NCBI GenBank assembly: GCA_035329185.1
Contig: DAOLHH010000001.1
Span: 1-35,549, forward strand
DNA length: 35,549 bases
Direction: 5' to 3'
From: Candidatus Saccharimonadota bacterium
Lineage (GTDB): Bacteria; Patescibacteriota; Saccharimonadia; Saccharimonadales; SZUA-47
The translations under genes and the position numbers were made by a program. Below, piece after piece: positions 33,532-35,549 of this stretch. Within the stretch, counting starts at the first letter, position 1. Every line of letters starts with the position of its first letter. The notes under the pieces are model-generated. The model was given only the letters and a program-made list of their open reading frames with translations, ran no database searches and was not told the DNA's origin.

Positions 33532-33990
33532 CTATTGAATGGAACCAATGGTGTATGAAGTGGTTGAAGCTGGGGTCTTTATTTCGACTGCTTCACCGAG
33601 CTTCTTTCCGAGCAATGCCTGTCCAATCGGAGATTCGTCTGATATTTTGCCTTCGAGTGGGTTTGCCTCAACAGAACCGACTATGGTAAACGTTCGCTCG
33701 CCGTCTTTGTTCTTTAATACGACAGTATTTCCGAGCTCAACCACATCTTTTTTCTTTGGTTGCGAAATAGTTTCAGCGTTTTTCAGAATAAAATCAATTT
33801 CGGCGATTCTTGCTTCTGCTCTTTCCTGTTCTTGACGAGCAGCACTGTACTCAGCATTCTCAGCTAAATCGCCAAATTCACGAGCCGACTTGATGCGTTC
33901 AGCGATATCGCTTCTATTAGCAATCAACACTTTGAGCTCTTGCTCTAACTCTGCGATTCCGTCTGCGGTCAATTTGTACTGTTTGTGCAT
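33532..33990 (-). CDS. greA: Transcription elongation factor GreA
   Basis: LT..G...L..EL..L, the coiled-coil REFGDLAENAEYSAARQEQ, and a C-terminal FKBP-like domain with SDESPIGQALLGKKLGE. Confidence 0.93.
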   Translation of the reverse strand: MHKQYKLTADGIAELEQELKVLIANRSDIAERIKSAREFGDLAENAEYSAARQEQERAEARIAEIDFILKNAETISQPKKKDVVELGNTVVLKNKDGERTFTIVGSVEANPLEGKISDESPIGQALLGKKLGEAVEIKTPASTTSYTIGSIQ

Positions 33991-34060
33991 TGTATAATTT
34001 CCTTTTCTTCTCTAGAATTCCTTGCTTACCATTACCGTCATACAACCCGATGATGTACTG

Positions 34061-34090
34061 ACTATACCAAACTAACGTTGATTATCCCAA
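34061..34090 (-). promoter_or_regulatory. Candidate greA promoter TTGGGA-18 nt (ending TGg)-TATAGT
   Basis: Read on the minus strand. AAAGGAA SD before ATG 33990. Confidence 0.4.
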
Positions 34091-34095
34091 ACAAA

Positions 34096-35352
34096 TTACT
34101 TCGATAAGCCGAGTTTTTCAGTCATAAAAGTAATGAGGTCGTTCTGTGAAATCATATATGCTTCCCCATCCATTCTCGTCACGACTTCGACGGTACCATT
34201 TTCGCTGTTTCGTTCACTGACGACGATACGATATGGGATGCCCATCAATTCTGCATCGGCAAACTTAGACCCTGGTCGTTCATCACGATCATCATAGAGG
34301 ACTTCTATGCCAGCATGCTGTAATTCGTTATATATCTTTTCTGCTTGTTCTGTAATGTTTCCGATGGATACGAGATAGACATGAAACGGTGCGACGTCCG
34401 AATGCCATACAAGTCCCTTATCGTCACTCATCATTTCAGCAATCACGCCCATGACACGGGTCACTCCAATTCCGTAGGATGCAACATACAATGGCTTTTG
34501 TTTGCCATCAGTATCTGTAAAGGTAAAATTCATCTTTTCAGACTTTTCGGTGCCGAATTTGAATATATTTCCTACCTCCGCACTCACGACTGGCTTCAAT
34601 AACGATTTGTCGATATTGAACTCTTTTGTCGCATCTTCCAAAACTTCTTCGTTTACGGCGATTGTTTGGTCGGCATTTACATACAGCGTGTCCTCGCCTG
34701 CATCACAGATAGTCTGGAATTCATGGCTGAATTTCGTAAACGCCCCGCCGCTCGCGAAAGTAACGAACGTCTTATCACCGATACCTAAACGATCAAACAC
34801 GCATTTATAAGCTTCGATGACTTGGTCGTAATATTGATCCATATCTTCCTGAGTCGTATGCACTGAATACATATCTTTCATCACAAATTCACGCCCGCGC
34901 ATAATGCCACTTTTACTTCGAAGCTCGTTGCGAAATTTTGTTTGGAACTGATAGACACTTTGAGGCAAGTCTTTATAGCTAGTAATGTGTTGCTTCATCA
35001 TTTCAATAATTGCTTCTTCATGCGACCATGCAAGACCTACTTCTTGACCGTCTTTTAGTTTTGTCTTGAACCATACATCAACAATTTCGTCATCCCACCT
35101 TCCCGTTCCCTGCCAAGTATCGGGCCTTTGAAGTGCGCTCATTATGAGCTCACCGCCGCGCACCTTATTCATTTCTTCACGTATAATTTGCTTTATATTC
35201 TCTAAGACTCGAAGTCCTAGCGGTGTATACGCATACACACCTGCCATTACTTTATGAACATACCCAGCACGAATAAGTAATTGGGCGTTTTTTGCTTGCT
35301 CGTCACTTGGTGCGTCTTTTCTTGTTTTTGTAAATAATTGTGAACGTTTCAT
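34096..35352 (-). CDS. proS: Prolyl-tRNA synthetase, bacterial-type core without the INS editing domain
   Basis: MKRSQLFTKTRKDAP..., FRNELRSKSGIMRGREFVMKDMYS (motif 2), and SHEFQTICDAGED followed after only ~35 aa by EVGNIFKFGT and SYGIGVTR (motif 3). GGAG lies 6 nt before ATG 35352. Confidence 0.9.
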   Translation of the reverse strand: MKRSQLFTKTRKDAPSDEQAKNAQLLIRAGYVHKVMAGVYAYTPLGLRVLENIKQIIREEMNKVRGGELIMSALQRPDTWQGTGRWDDEIVDVWFKTKLKDGQEVGLAWSHEEAIIEMMKQHITSYKDLPQSVYQFQTKFRNELRSKSGIMRGREFVMKDMYSVHTTQEDMDQYYDQVIEAYKCVFDRLGIGDKTFVTFASGGAFTKFSHEFQTICDAGEDTLYVNADQTIAVNEEVLEDATKEFNIDKSLLKPVVSAEVGNIFKFGTEKSEKMNFTFTDTDGKQKPLYVASYGIGVTRVMGVIAEMMSDDKGLVWHSDVAPFHVYLVSIGNITEQAEKIYNELQHAGIEVLYDDRDERPGSKFADAELMGIPYRIVVSERNSENGTVEVVTRMDGEAYMISQNDLITFMTEKLGLSK

Positions 35353-35549
35353 TAATATCTCCACTATGATTTTGAATTTATATAAATATGTTTAATACAA
35401 AGAATATATACGGCACGATGCCGGCATACTCATCAAGACTGACATTTGATACTTACGCATAATTTGTGTTTATTGTACCGAAATACCTATCAGCGTACAA
35501 ACAGCACATAAAAAGCGAGCGAATTTTTAAGCGCATGGAGCAACATGGC

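Noticed and set aside
35365-35549. Possible gene start (ATGGAGCAACATGGC at 35535) and a small hairpin (cggca-cga-tgccg) in the last 185 nt.
   Set aside because: Only five codons are visible before the window ends, with no SD and no promoter I can support. The hairpin stem is only 5 bp.
1-35549. CRISPR arrays, rRNA/tRNA genes, transposases, integrases, prophage genes, and long inverted or direct repeats marking mobile elements.
   Set aside because: None was seen on either strand. The only repeats found are the heptamer tract (30784-30839), the 30-bp ftsE junction duplication and the 26-nt promoter cassette, all reported separately.

Overview
Overall: a 35.5-kb stretch coded almost entirely on the minus strand. 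It is dense with housekeeping genes: rpmA, pyrG, prfB, ftsE/ftsX, secA, hpf, serS, rsmE, lysS, greA and proS. I saw no rRNA, tRNA, CRISPR array, transposase or integrase.

Likely source: TGA is used as a stop codon and an intact RF2 is present, so the standard bacterial code applies. The gene content (type IV minor pilins, a PcsB-like hydrolase after ftsEX, an INS-less ProRS, a heliorhodopsin, many 4-nt ATGA gene overlaps) suggests a small-genome, monoderm-like bacterium. A CPR/Patescibacteria member, possibly Saccharibacteria-like, is an inference only.

Accessory or unusual content:
- 26381-27382: a heliorhodopsin fused to a histone-H1-like polybasic N-terminal tail, expressed as an insulated single-gene unit.
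- 2505-7455: a same-strand block of an orphan receiver, two family-less proteins and a PP2C phosphatase fusion. Each of the last three has its own near-consensus promoter, and two of those promoters share an exact 26-nt cassette.
- 14365-14528: a 30-bp duplication of the ftsE/ftsX overlap junction around a structured 104-bp insert. It creates a 45-codon ORF coupled at both ends.
- 20214-20294: a 26-codon uORF ATGA-coupled to secA.
- 30784-30839: eight perfect heptanucleotide repeats in the divergent promoter region heading a DUF427 / minor-pilin / LamG-adhesin gene string.
- 22102-23894: a Cas4-like nuclease coupled to a low-GC membrane protein.

Limits: all functional calls come from motif recognition by eye. 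No database search or computation was run.
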